Assembly (NCBI GenBank): GCA_043826355.1
Contig: JBDRQI010000024.1
Span: forward strand, 1 to 19,858
DNA length: 19,858 nt
DNA from: Candidatus Omnitrophota bacterium
GTDB lineage: Bacteria > Ratteibacteria > UBA8468 > MWAK01
Reading direction: 5' to 3'
The position numbers and the translations under genes were made by a program. A model generated the notes under the pieces. The model was not told the origin of the DNA. It did not search any database and worked only from the letters and a program-made list of their open reading frames with translations. Shown here one piece after another: positions 1 to 8,001 of the stretch. The number at the start of each line of letters is the position of its first letter. The stretch's first letter is position 1.

Positions 1-36
1 CGCGAACAACTCTACCCGGTGCTGGATAACGCCCTG
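1..36 (+). repeat. 36-bp direct terminal repeat, left copy (identical to 19823..19858)
   Basis: cgcgaacaactctacccggtgctggataacgccctg is both the first and the last 36 nt of the window. Confidence 0.97.
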
Positions 37-351
37 GCAGTTATTCTTCCCTCCCGCCTGGATAACCTCCCTAACGCCTGCCTGGAAGCGATGGCGCGCA
101 GGAAGGTGGTGGTCGGCACCCGGGGCGCCAGTTTTGAACAATTGATTGACGATGGCGTAAACGGTCTTTTGTGCGAACCGGGAGACCCGGCCGGCCTGCT
201 GGCGGCGATGGAAAGAGCCCTTGCCTTGACCCCGGAACAAAAAGAAGCCATTGGTGTAAAAGCGTTTCAGCGGGTAAGCGCGAACAATGCAGAAAAGATA
301 ACCGCCCAGTTGGTGGATTTTTATCGAAAGGTAATTGGGAAAATTTTTTAA
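1..351 (+). CDS. GT4 (GT-B) glycosyltransferase, C-terminal part; continues the frame of 18977..19858 across the terminal repeat
   Basis: The frame is open from nt 1: REQLYPVLDNALAVILPSRLDNLPNACLEAMARRKVVVGT...LIDDGVNGLL. This is the GT4 (D/E)x7E nucleotide-sugar-binding motif. Stop TAA at 349..351. Confidence 0.9.
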   Translation, partial: REQLYPVLDNALAVILPSRLDNLPNACLEAMARRKVVVGTRGASFEQLIDDGVNGLLCEPGDPAGLLAAMERALALTPEQKEAIGVKAFQRVSANNAEKITAQLVDFYRKVIGKIF

Positions 352-357
352 ATCCGG

Positions 358-1122
358 ATGAAACTTTACGCCGTTTATACGGACGGGGCCGCAATTCTCA
401 AAGATGATTGGTTTTTAAAGTCTCTTCAGGATGACTGGGAACTCAATATTTTACAGGTTGGGGCAACCGAAAAAAAGTACGGGGATTTTTCCACGCCCGG
501 ATTTAAGGATGTCGTTAAAAAAAAGACCGCGCTGATACTGGATTCTATTAAAGATAATTTCGGAGATGTCATTATCTGGTCGGATTTAGACATACAGTTT
601 TTCGGCAAATGTTCGGATACCATTGAATATTCCATAAAAGAAAAAGACGTTGTTTTCCAGTCGGAACGGGGCGGCGGCGGAGAAGTCAACGCCGGATTCA
701 TGGCAATACGCTGCAACCGGAAAACCATTGAGTTCTGGCAGGCTGTGCTCAAAAGAGTTAATTCTTCCGAATGGAACCAGCCGGAGGTAAATGACCAATC
801 CATAATTAACGGCCTCTTGCGAAAAAAATCTGGTGATATAGAATATGATATCTTCCCCAATTGTTTCTGGGCAAAATCACACCCCGGGAAACCTCCCCGG
901 GATATCCTGCTGCACCACGCAAATTGTACGGCGCCGCGCCTTAAAAAAGGAAGATTAACCGGGTCAATGGAATTAAAGATTGAACAATTAAGTGAAATCA
1001 GGAGGTTGGTTGAAGATAAAAAAGATTGCCTGCGATTACCTCGTCGTTGGAGCCGGTTTATTTGGCAGCATCTTGGCGGAAAGGATCGCCAACGAACTTG
1101 GCGCAAAAGTCGCAATTATTGA
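358..1122 (+). CDS. Putative nucleotide-diphospho-sugar transferase (GT-A, GT77/Nucleotid_trans-like)
   Basis: IIWSDLD (DxD), VNAGF, NDQSIIN and LHHANC occur in the order typical of GT77-like proteins. The last ~37 codons overlap glf and are probably read-through. Confidence 0.7.
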   Translation: MKLYAVYTDGAAILKDDWFLKSLQDDWELNILQVGATEKKYGDFSTPGFKDVVKKKTALILDSIKDNFGDVIIWSDLDIQFFGKCSDTIEYSIKEKDVVFQSERGGGGEVNAGFMAIRCNRKTIEFWQAVLKRVNSSEWNQPEVNDQSIINGLLRKKSGDIEYDIFPNCFWAKSHPGKPPRDILLHHANCTAPRLKKGRLTGSMELKIEQLSEIRRLVEDKKDCLRLPRRWSRFIWQHLGGKDRQRTWRKSRNY

Positions 1123-2155
1123 CAAACGTCCCCACATAGGCGGAAACTGCTATTCGGAACTGAACCCAGAAACCGGGATTGAATTTCATAGATACGGACC
1201 GCATATCTTCCACACCTCTTCAAAAAAGGCCTGGAAATACATCAACCGGTTCGGCAAATTCAACAACTACCGCCACCGGGTCTTTACAAAATACCGGAAC
1301 AAGATTTACCGGATACCCGTCAACCTTGAAACGATAAACTCTTTCTACAACCTCAACCTTAAACCCCGCGAAGCAAAAGAATTCCTGGCAAAAGAGATTA
1401 GGAAGGCCAACATCAAAAACCCGAAAAACCTTGAAGAAAAGGCGGTATCCCTGATGGGCCGGCCTCTCTACGAAGCGCTGGTAAAGGGGTACACCGTCAA
1501 ACAATGGGGCACACACCCCAGGAATCTGCCTCCGGAAATTATCTCCCGACTTCCGGTGCGGTATAATCATCGGACCGACTATTTCCGTAATGCGCGCTGG
1601 CAGGGCATCCCATTAGATGATTACAAGAAAATATTTGAAAAAATGCTTTCATCTTCGCTTATTAACCTTGTTTTAAACTGTGATTTCTTCAAAGAACGCG
1701 ACCGTTTTGACGTCCAGAAAAAGATAATCTACACCGGACCGATAGACCAATATTTCAATTACCGGTACGGCAAACTTGGCTGGAGAAGTATCCGGCTGGA
1801 GAGAATTCTTGTTAAGTCGGATGATTACCAGGGGACTTCGGTGATGAATTACGCCGACGCGAAGATTAAATATACCCGAATCTGCGAGCCGAAACATTTT
1901 CACCCCGAGAGAACACATGTAAAGGGAAAAACGATAATCTTTTACGAAACGCCCAAAAAGGATGACAACGAACCGTACTACCCGGTCAGGACCGAACAGA
2001 ACTGCCGGGTTTACCGGAAATACCGTGAGTTTGCCTGGCAGGACGACGGGCTAATCATCGGGGGCCGCCTGGGCGATTACGCCTATTACGATATGGATAA
2101 GACCATTTTGGCCGCCCTGCGGTGCTTTGAAACAAATATTAAAAAGACAGGGTAA
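1010..2155 (+). CDS. glf: UDP-galactopyranose mutase
   Basis: Motifs LVVGAGLFG (FAD), HIGGNCY, HRYGPHIFHT, YTVKQWG, WQGIP, YTGPIDQYF, EPYYPV, GGRLGDYAYYDMD. The TTG at 1010 follows AGGAGG (1000..1005); an alternative GTG start is at 992. Confidence 0.93.
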   Translation: MKIKKIACDYLVVGAGLFGSILAERIANELGAKVAIIDKRPHIGGNCYSELNPETGIEFHRYGPHIFHTSSKKAWKYINRFGKFNNYRHRVFTKYRNKIYRIPVNLETINSFYNLNLKPREAKEFLAKEIRKANIKNPKNLEEKAVSLMGRPLYEALVKGYTVKQWGTHPRNLPPEIISRLPVRYNHRTDYFRNARWQGIPLDDYKKIFEKMLSSSLINLVLNCDFFKERDRFDVQKKIIYTGPIDQYFNYRYGKLGWRSIRLERILVKSDDYQGTSVMNYADAKIKYTRICEPKHFHPERTHVKGKTIIFYETPKKDDNEPYYPVRTEQNCRVYRKYREFAWQDDGLIIGGRLGDYAYYDMDKTILAALRCFETNIKKTG

Positions 2156-2336
2156 CTACAATTAAAATGCGCCATACTATCGTTATCAGGGTTAAGAGTT
2201 GGTACAAGAAATGAAAAAAGCCGGCAGGCAAGGCAGAAATTGATTTCGGCGGGAGAATTTTCAGATACGCAGTCAAAAGGCAGGACGAGATAAAAGAGGG
2301 TTGGGGTTTTGACGGCAAATACGGCGGGTGGGCCGG

Positions 2337-3039
2337 GGAATCTACGATGCGATAAACAAAGAAATTTCTTTTGCCGGGGGGAATGGGTCGGCATCATCAA
2401 CAGCGATGACTTTTATACTCAGGATGCGGTAAGATTAGTGGTGGAAGCGTCCCGAACAGACAAAGAAGCGCAATTATTTTACGGCAACCAGAAACTCCTT
2501 AAATCAAGAGAGTCAAAAGACCTGCAGGATTGCCGGGAATGCAGGGGACGCGCTGCCGAATACATGCCTTATCACCCGACCTGTTTCGTTTCCAGGGAAA
2601 TATACGCAGATTTAAAGTTTAACATCAATTTCAGGTACGCGGCCGATTGGAGCTTTATGCTCACTCTTTACTTGAACAACGTTAAATTCGGTTACATCAA
2701 CGAACCGCTTGCTTGTTTCCGGCCGGGCGGCTTCAGCAGTTCCCTTGCGGCCCGAAATGAAATTTACCGGATAAAAGCTTTTTACAAAATGCTTTCTCTC
2801 CCGTTATTACCCGCGCCGACGTAAAAAAGTCAACGGAGACCGGCCGCGTCCCTCGCCGTTATTTCTTTCTCTTCTTCCTGGCCAACACCACGAAAATCTT
2901 CTTTATCTTTTACAAAATCTTATTAAACGGCGTAAAAATCTATCTGGCGGTTGTCAGCCCGAAACTCGTTCGGAAGAGCGCCGGCGAGTACCGCCGGAAG
3001 ATTGGTTCCCTGTTATTCTGGTTAAGGGGCAGGTTCAAG
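2337..3039 (+). pseudogene. 5'-truncated, doubly frameshifted GT2 glycosyltransferase carrying the shared C-terminal module
   Basis: Frame 3 reads GIYDAINKEISFAGG (degenerate GIYDAMNKG), shifts in a G6 run (2376..2381) to EWVGIINSDDFY...HPTCFVSR...YAADW...FRPGGFSS, then shifts again near 2808 into TRADVKKSTETGR...SPKLVRKSAGEYRRKIGSLLFWLR, homologous to the tails of 6901..8001 and 9383..10498. The N-terminal GT2 strands and a start codon are missing. Confidence 0.75.
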
Positions 3040-3720
3040 GTGTTTTTACATCCGTTAACGGCACCGGAAGTCGGGTTAAAACCGGAGGAAAATCCCGACA
3101 AATTCCTCCAAAACATATCGGGCGTGATTCACGTCGGAGCAAATACCGGACAGGAACGGGAACTCTATGATAATTTGAACTTGCGTGTACTCTGGATTAA
3201 ACCGATCCCGGAAATTTTTGAAACGCTCAAAGCCAAATTGAAAGACTTCCCCGGACAGCGCGCCATCCAATACCTTGTTACTGATTGCGATAGCAAAGAG
3301 TATCGGCTCCATGTGGCGAATAATAACGGAGAGTCGTCGTCAATATTCGAGCTAAAATACCACAAGGACATCTGGCCGGATGTGAAATACACCAATGCGA
3401 TTTTGCTGAAAAGCATAACGCTGACATCTCTATTCGAAAAAGAAAACATTGATCCCTTTGATTATCAATCGTTAATTATAGATACCCAGGGATCCGAGTT
3501 GCTCGTCTTAAAAGGAAGCGCTTTCCTGCTGTCCAACTTCCGATACGCTAAGACCGAGGTAGCAGATTTTGAGTCTTACGAGGGCTGTTGCCAACTTGCC
3601 GATATTAATTCTTTCATGAAACAGCACGGTTATACGGAATTCTCACGCCACACAATCGCGAAACGGCCCCAAGGCGGAAATTACTTCGCTGTTGTTTACA
3701 AGAAGAGGGCGGCATCCTGA
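3040..3720 (+). CDS. FkbM-family (Methyltransf_21) SAM methyltransferase, possibly inactive; start uncertain
   Basis: Motifs VIHVGANTGQE, NNGESSSI, ITLTSL, LIIDTQGSELLVLKG, TEV...YEG. WIKP replaces the usual EP motif. The frame is open upstream to 2761. Confidence 0.8.
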   Translation: MFLHPLTAPEVGLKPEENPDKFLQNISGVIHVGANTGQERELYDNLNLRVLWIKPIPEIFETLKAKLKDFPGQRAIQYLVTDCDSKEYRLHVANNNGESSSIFELKYHKDIWPDVKYTNAILLKSITLTSLFEKENIDPFDYQSLIIDTQGSELLVLKGSAFLLSNFRYAKTEVADFESYEGCCQLADINSFMKQHGYTEFSRHTIAKRPQGGNYFAVVYKKRAAS

Positions 3721-3739
3721 ACGGCAGGGGAGAGACCGA

Positions 3740-4216
3740 ATGAACAGGACGGCATCCGCATGGCTGTTAGAACATAAACGCGACGTGTATTCCCAATCGG
3801 GCGAAGACGGAATAATCGAGACAATCCTTGGGATAATACCTCAAAACGACAAATGGTGCGTGGAATTTGGTGCGGGGTATGGATTGTTGCTGAGCAACAC
3901 CCGCCATTTAATCGAATCTAAAGGATATTCAGCCGTTTTGATTGAAGCGGACAAGAAAAAATTTGGCGGCTTGCAGCGCAACTATGCGAACCGGAGCAAC
4001 ATCATCTTGATAAACAAGTTTGTCGGGTTTACCAAGGATGACAATCTGGACCGGATCCTCAGCGCCGCACCTGTGCCTTATGATTTTGATCTCCTTTCAA
4101 TCGACATTGACGGGAACGACTATCATGCCCGGAAAGCCATCTCGAAATACAGACCAAAAATAATTGTCGTTGAATTCAATCCCACGATTTTTCCGAAAAT
4201 ATCCCAGCTGAATTAG
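3740..4216 (+). pseudogene. FkbM-like methyltransferase, apparently 3'-truncated
   Basis: ATG at 3740 after GGGGAG. Reads YSQSGEDGII...WCVEFGAGYG..LSNT...VLIEAD...FDLLSIDIDGNDYH...RPKIIVVEFNPTI, then stops after 8 unrelated residues. Family members normally continue well beyond EFNP. Confidence 0.65.
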
Positions 4217-4232
4217 TTTACGCGGGTTAAAA

Positions 4233-4256
4233 ATTCTTGGGGATTTGGCCCCGAAT
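4233..4256. terminator. Weak bulged hairpin between convergent genes
   Basis: attc-tt-gggg-atttgg-cccc-gaat, immediately next to the minus-strand stop at 4257..4259. Confidence 0.25.
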
Positions 4257-5603
4257 CTAAATACCTTTTTTATCCCCGTGTTTCCGCAAAATCTTTTTAA
4301 GATACGCCGCTTTCAACCAATGTTCCATACGCCCGGCCAAACGGTATAACTTCTTTAATACGGACTTCTTTTTACGAAACTCCCTGCCTATTGCCGTTTT
4401 TTCAAATGCAGTTTGCGAAAAATTGAAAGAACGCGGTTGGGCATAATATATTCTCCGAACGGAATCGAAATAATGTATCAAACCATCAATGTAGTAATCG
4501 AACGAAAATTTTTTGCGGCAGGCAAGGACATTGCCGGCCTTTCGTTTCATCATCTCCCTGTCCCTTAACTTTTTGGCCAACCCGTCGTAATCATCACGGC
4601 TGAAATCAACCTGAATATTATTTTCCTTTAAAATATCATACCGGTAGTAACCGGGCAGGGTTTCAGCGATTATCGGCAATCCCGCAATTACGCAAGTGGA
4701 AAGCCGGTTAGGAATGACCGCCTTATCGTTCAGCAAAGGCCGCCAGCGGGCATTGACGTAGGACCAGCCGGCATCATACCGAGAAAATTCCGGAACCCAT
4801 CGGTTCTTTATCGCCCTGGTTTCCGCCAGGTCCTTGTTGATGGCCTGCAAAGAAGGATGCAGGTGAACGTAAGAAAAATCGACCCGGCACATCTTTCTTG
4901 TCGGAATGCCGGAAGCCATCATATTAATAATATCATCGAAATTATTGCCGTAAATATGGATGTGTATCTTTTGCCGGGTAAGTTCGCAGTGATCAATTCC
5001 GATGGGTCTTCCCGCGCAAACCGTGTGTATCTGGCCGTCAATCTCGGATAATTTCCCGGAAAAATTGTTGTTCCCGAATTCCCATTTAGGCAGGTCGCCA
5101 TCCATAAACGCAAAACGTTCGGGAGCAAGAGGTAAATTGAGCCCGAGACCGCCTTCATCCTCCGGGGCGGTAAAATAGATATATTTCCCCCGGTTACAAA
5201 AAATATGCCCGTCAAACGCTTCGGCAACCCCCCGGTCAAGATAACAAATGTCAAATCCCCAGTGTCTGACAATCGGGATATCAAACAACCCCTTGGCCCG
5301 GTCAGAAAATATCCGGCGCAACGTTTTCCAGATATCAGCTAAACTATTATTTGCATCATCCGACCAGGAAGAAGGCTGATACGTTTGAAATAAACTGTAG
5401 ATAATTTCTATATTCTCTTTTTTAATCACTTCAACATAATTATCCGGGGTCACATCTCTTATGAATCCTTCTGCAAACCTATAGGGTCCCTGCTCCCAGG
5501 CCATCGTCCTGGTCCACAGGCCAAAGAGCTTGTGCCCTCTTTCACACAGACTGATTACTCTTTCCGGGTTCCACGAAAGAGCCCCGACTACCAGGATATT
5601 CAT
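4257..5603 (-). CDS. Uncharacterised 448-aa protein, probable GT-B-fold glycosyltransferase
   Basis: Rossmann-like start MNILVVG...LCERGHKL, second domain IHTVCAGRP...IHIHIYG, and YDAGW...PNRLSTCVIAGLPII, which resembles the GT-B C-terminal motif. Basic C-terminal tail. Lies 16 bp downstream of 5620..6846. Confidence 0.55.
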   Translation of the reverse strand: MNILVVGALSWNPERVISLCERGHKLFGLWTRTMAWEQGPYRFAEGFIRDVTPDNYVEVIKKENIEIIYSLFQTYQPSSWSDDANNSLADIWKTLRRIFSDRAKGLFDIPIVRHWGFDICYLDRGVAEAFDGHIFCNRGKYIYFTAPEDEGGLGLNLPLAPERFAFMDGDLPKWEFGNNNFSGKLSEIDGQIHTVCAGRPIGIDHCELTRQKIHIHIYGNNFDDIINMMASGIPTRKMCRVDFSYVHLHPSLQAINKDLAETRAIKNRWVPEFSRYDAGWSYVNARWRPLLNDKAVIPNRLSTCVIAGLPIIAETLPGYYRYDILKENNIQVDFSRDDYDGLAKKLRDREMMKRKAGNVLACRKKFSFDYYIDGLIHYFDSVRRIYYAQPRSFNFSQTAFEKTAIGREFRKKKSVLKKLYRLAGRMEHWLKAAYLKKILRKHGDKKGI

Positions 5604-5619
5604 CGTAAAAAATTATTCC

Positions 5620-6846
5620 TTAATGCAGGTTTTTTCGCATTGATGCGAGTCTTTGAACTTTTTTACCCGGGTTCATAAGTTCATCAAGATAGTCCGCCGT
5701 TTCCATACCCATCCGGATGCAGGTATCCTTGGAAACATACGCGTGCATTCCGGCCCGGCCCAGCGGAATTATATTTCTGGAGGCGGAAATGCCGATGAGC
5801 CGGTTGAAATAATCGTTATTCTTGCGTGTTGCCAGGGGGTAAATCGTTTCGCGGTTATCCACCCACCACTCCTTGACTTCTTTCTTTAATATATTTTTGC
5901 AGAACCAGAGCGCCTGTTTCAGATAGTGGTCTTTTTGACATTCGTCTTTCCAGGGAAACTCAAAACTGACAACAGTATATTCTGACGCCGAAAAAAATTG
6001 TTGTTTGTATTCGAATACCCTTGTGAAATCGTAGTTATTAGGAAAGGTCGTGGTTGCGCAGGGCATTACAAATAAATCGCTTTTCAATGCCGCATAAACA
6101 ATGCAGGTATTTATAAATTCCAACTTTTTGGAGAGAGGAATAGTGGTTATGATCAGGTCGGCTTCAATACGGTCTCCGTCAACAAAATATTCAAAATCTT
6201 CGCCGAAATCAACGTTGATTTTTTTGACACAGGTGTTTGCGGACATCGTTTCCCACATAGGGTTGTAATTTCCCGGGTGTCCCTGCCACTGGTCGCCAAA
6301 CCGCGCCGATTTGAGATGCACCTTCATGGGCCGGAAATGGACCCAGCCGCAATCCATTTTACAGGGGTTCATCTGCCACGCTTTCTTGTTGTAGTTTTTT
6401 ATGAATTTCTCATACAAAAACTTTCCTGTCCTGGATATGCAGTAGGTTTCAAAGTTGGAGTAGTCCGGCCTTTTCAGGTTCGCCCGACAGAGTTCGCATA
6501 TTATTCCCGCCCGATTTTTAAACCGGAAGATATCCCGGAAAGTAATCGGGAAATTATGGAACTTTTCCATCATTCCGTCAATATCAACCGCATATTTATA
6601 CTTTTTGGACCTATTGGGCGGCGGATAACAGGCCAGGAATCTTTCAAAAACGCGCCTCAGGTATCCCCTGTCCGTGAACATAATCTGCGGACCGAATTCA
6701 TACGGTATTTTGTCGTAAAAACTGGTCCGGGCGCATCCGCCTATCTCCGCCTTTTCGTAAATAGTAATGTCAAGATTGCCTTTTTCTTGCAGGAAATAAG
6801 CGGCCGCGCATCCGGTTGGGCCTCCGCCCAGGATTATAATCTTCAT
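5620..6846 (-). CDS. FAD-dependent oxidoreductase, divergent UDP-galactopyranose-mutase-like
   Basis: IIILGGGPTGCAAA (FAD), YEK..IGG, and UGM-like YNKKAW, QWQGHP, FTRVFEYKQ, YP, LGRAG..AY. RBS AAGGA upstream. Confidence 0.75.
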   Translation of the reverse strand: MKIIILGGGPTGCAAAYFLQEKGNLDITIYEKAEIGGCARTSFYDKIPYEFGPQIMFTDRGYLRRVFERFLACYPPPNRSKKYKYAVDIDGMMEKFHNFPITFRDIFRFKNRAGIICELCRANLKRPDYSNFETYCISRTGKFLYEKFIKNYNKKAWQMNPCKMDCGWVHFRPMKVHLKSARFGDQWQGHPGNYNPMWETMSANTCVKKINVDFGEDFEYFVDGDRIEADLIITTIPLSKKLEFINTCIVYAALKSDLFVMPCATTTFPNNYDFTRVFEYKQQFFSASEYTVVSFEFPWKDECQKDHYLKQALWFCKNILKKEVKEWWVDNRETIYPLATRKNNDYFNRLIGISASRNIIPLGRAGMHAYVSKDTCIRMGMETADYLDELMNPGKKVQRLASMRKNLH

Positions 6847-6850
6847 CTTT

Positions 6851-6900
6851 ATCCTTAATTATTATATCCGGCTTTAATAAAACGTGCTAAAATAATTTTA
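6851..6900. promoter_or_regulatory. Overlapping divergent sigma70-type promoters
   Basis: Minus strand: TATAAT (6861..6866) and AAGGA before ATG 6846. Plus strand: extended -10 TGcTAAAAT (6885..6893), 7 nt before ATG 6901. Confidence 0.55.
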
Positions 6901-8001
6901 ATGAGCGGAGAAAAAAGACCGACAACTTATCCCCCGGTCAGCGTCATCATCCCGACCCTAAACCGGGAAAAGTACATCCGCCAATGCATTGAGAGCGTCC
7001 TCTCCCAGGACTACCTCAACCTTGAGGTAATCGTGGTTGACAACGGCTCAACCGACAATACCGAAGAAATCCTGAAATCCTTTGGAGGCAGGATTAAGTT
7101 CCTGAAAGAAGAGAAGCGGGGCATCAGCGCGGCGCGCAATAAAGGCCTGCGGGAATCGCAGGGCGAGTTCATCGGGCTGCTTGACTCCGATGACTTCTAC
7201 CTTCCGGGCAAAATATCTCTTTCAATCAAAAAACTGCTGGAAAACCCTTACATCTCCTTGATTTACACCGATTACATCGTGGTGGATTCGGAGGGACGCC
7301 GGACCGAGGCCGTAAAGAAGGAGCAACCGCCCCCGGAAGAGTTAACCCGGAATTTCCTGGAAGGTTTCGGCATCCTGCCGTCAACCACTTTTTTGCGCAA
7401 AGCGTGCCTGAAAAAGAGCGGCTATTTTGACGAAACGATGCGTTATGCCGAAGACACCGAATTGTGGTTCAGAATGCTGAAGGCCGGATGCCGCTTTAAG
7501 CATTTCCCCGAAACCCTGACCGCCTACCGGCGCCACCCGGAAAACCACAGCCAAACCGCCCACAAGTCCTATTTGGACAGAATGTATTCTTCCGCAATCG
7601 GGTATTTCACTATCCGGGAAATTTTCGGAAAAACCGCCGATGGGAAACGGCTTAAAAGAAAGGCGAAGAACTGGTACGACGGATTAACGGATATCCGGTA
7701 TTTTGACCGCCTTCCGCTTTCGGCCCGGGCCGCCTCCGAAAAATCGCTGGAGTTAGGCCGGCCCTTCTTCTTTTCTCTCTTTTTGACCAATACCCTGCAA
7801 GCATTGCCCCTTATTTACAGTATCCTGGAAACCGTCGCAAAGATATCCCTGCCCGCCCTTAGCCTCAAAACCACCCGGCCGTACGCCGGCGGGTACCGGA
7901 AAAAGGTTAAACGGTTGTTGTTTAAATTGAGATACCGGCTGTTCAGGGTATTTTTTTACCGCTACGGATTACGTTTCAGGGATATTAATCCTATTTCATA
8001 G
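6901..8001 (+). CDS. GT2 glycosyltransferase (paralogue A)
   Basis: Motifs VSVIIPTLNR, VIVVDNGSTD, GISAARNKGL, LLDSDD, AEDTELW. Basic/hydrophobic C-terminal module. Confidence 0.93.
   Translation: MSGEKRPTTYPPVSVIIPTLNREKYIRQCIESVLSQDYLNLEVIVVDNGSTDNTEEILKSFGGRIKFLKEEKRGISAARNKGLRESQGEFIGLLDSDDFYLPGKISLSIKKLLENPYISLIYTDYIVVDSEGRRTEAVKKEQPPPEELTRNFLEGFGILPSTTFLRKACLKKSGYFDETMRYAEDTELWFRMLKAGCRFKHFPETLTAYRRHPENHSQTAHKSYLDRMYSSAIGYFTIREIFGKTADGKRLKRKAKNWYDGLTDIRYFDRLPLSARAASEKSLELGRPFFFSLFLTNTLQALPLIYSILETVAKISLPALSLKTTRPYAGGYRKKVKRLLFKLRYRLFRVFFYRYGLRFRDINPIS
6936..7115 (+). repeat. 180-bp direct repeat, copy 1 (copy 2 at 9418..9597)
   Basis: 4 mismatches in 180 nt by manual alignment; 7019..7115 is identical to 9501..9597 (97 nt). 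Confidence 0.9.

Noticed and set aside
1..36. 36-bp repeat as a CRISPR repeat or phage terminal repeat
   Set aside because: Only two copies 19.8 kb apart, both in-frame GT4 coding sequence; no spacers, cas genes or phage genes.
426..1115. 229-aa minus-strand ORF
   Set aside because: Antisense shadow of the motif-bearing transferase and glf; no recognisable motifs.
2309..2824. Intact 171-aa GT2 starting at TTG 2309
   Set aside because: The first ~24 residues are out-of-frame sequence; the true homology (GIYDA..) is in another frame. Treated as a pseudogene.
6277..6858. 193-aa plus-strand ORF
   Set aside because: Shadow of the mutase-like flavoprotein.
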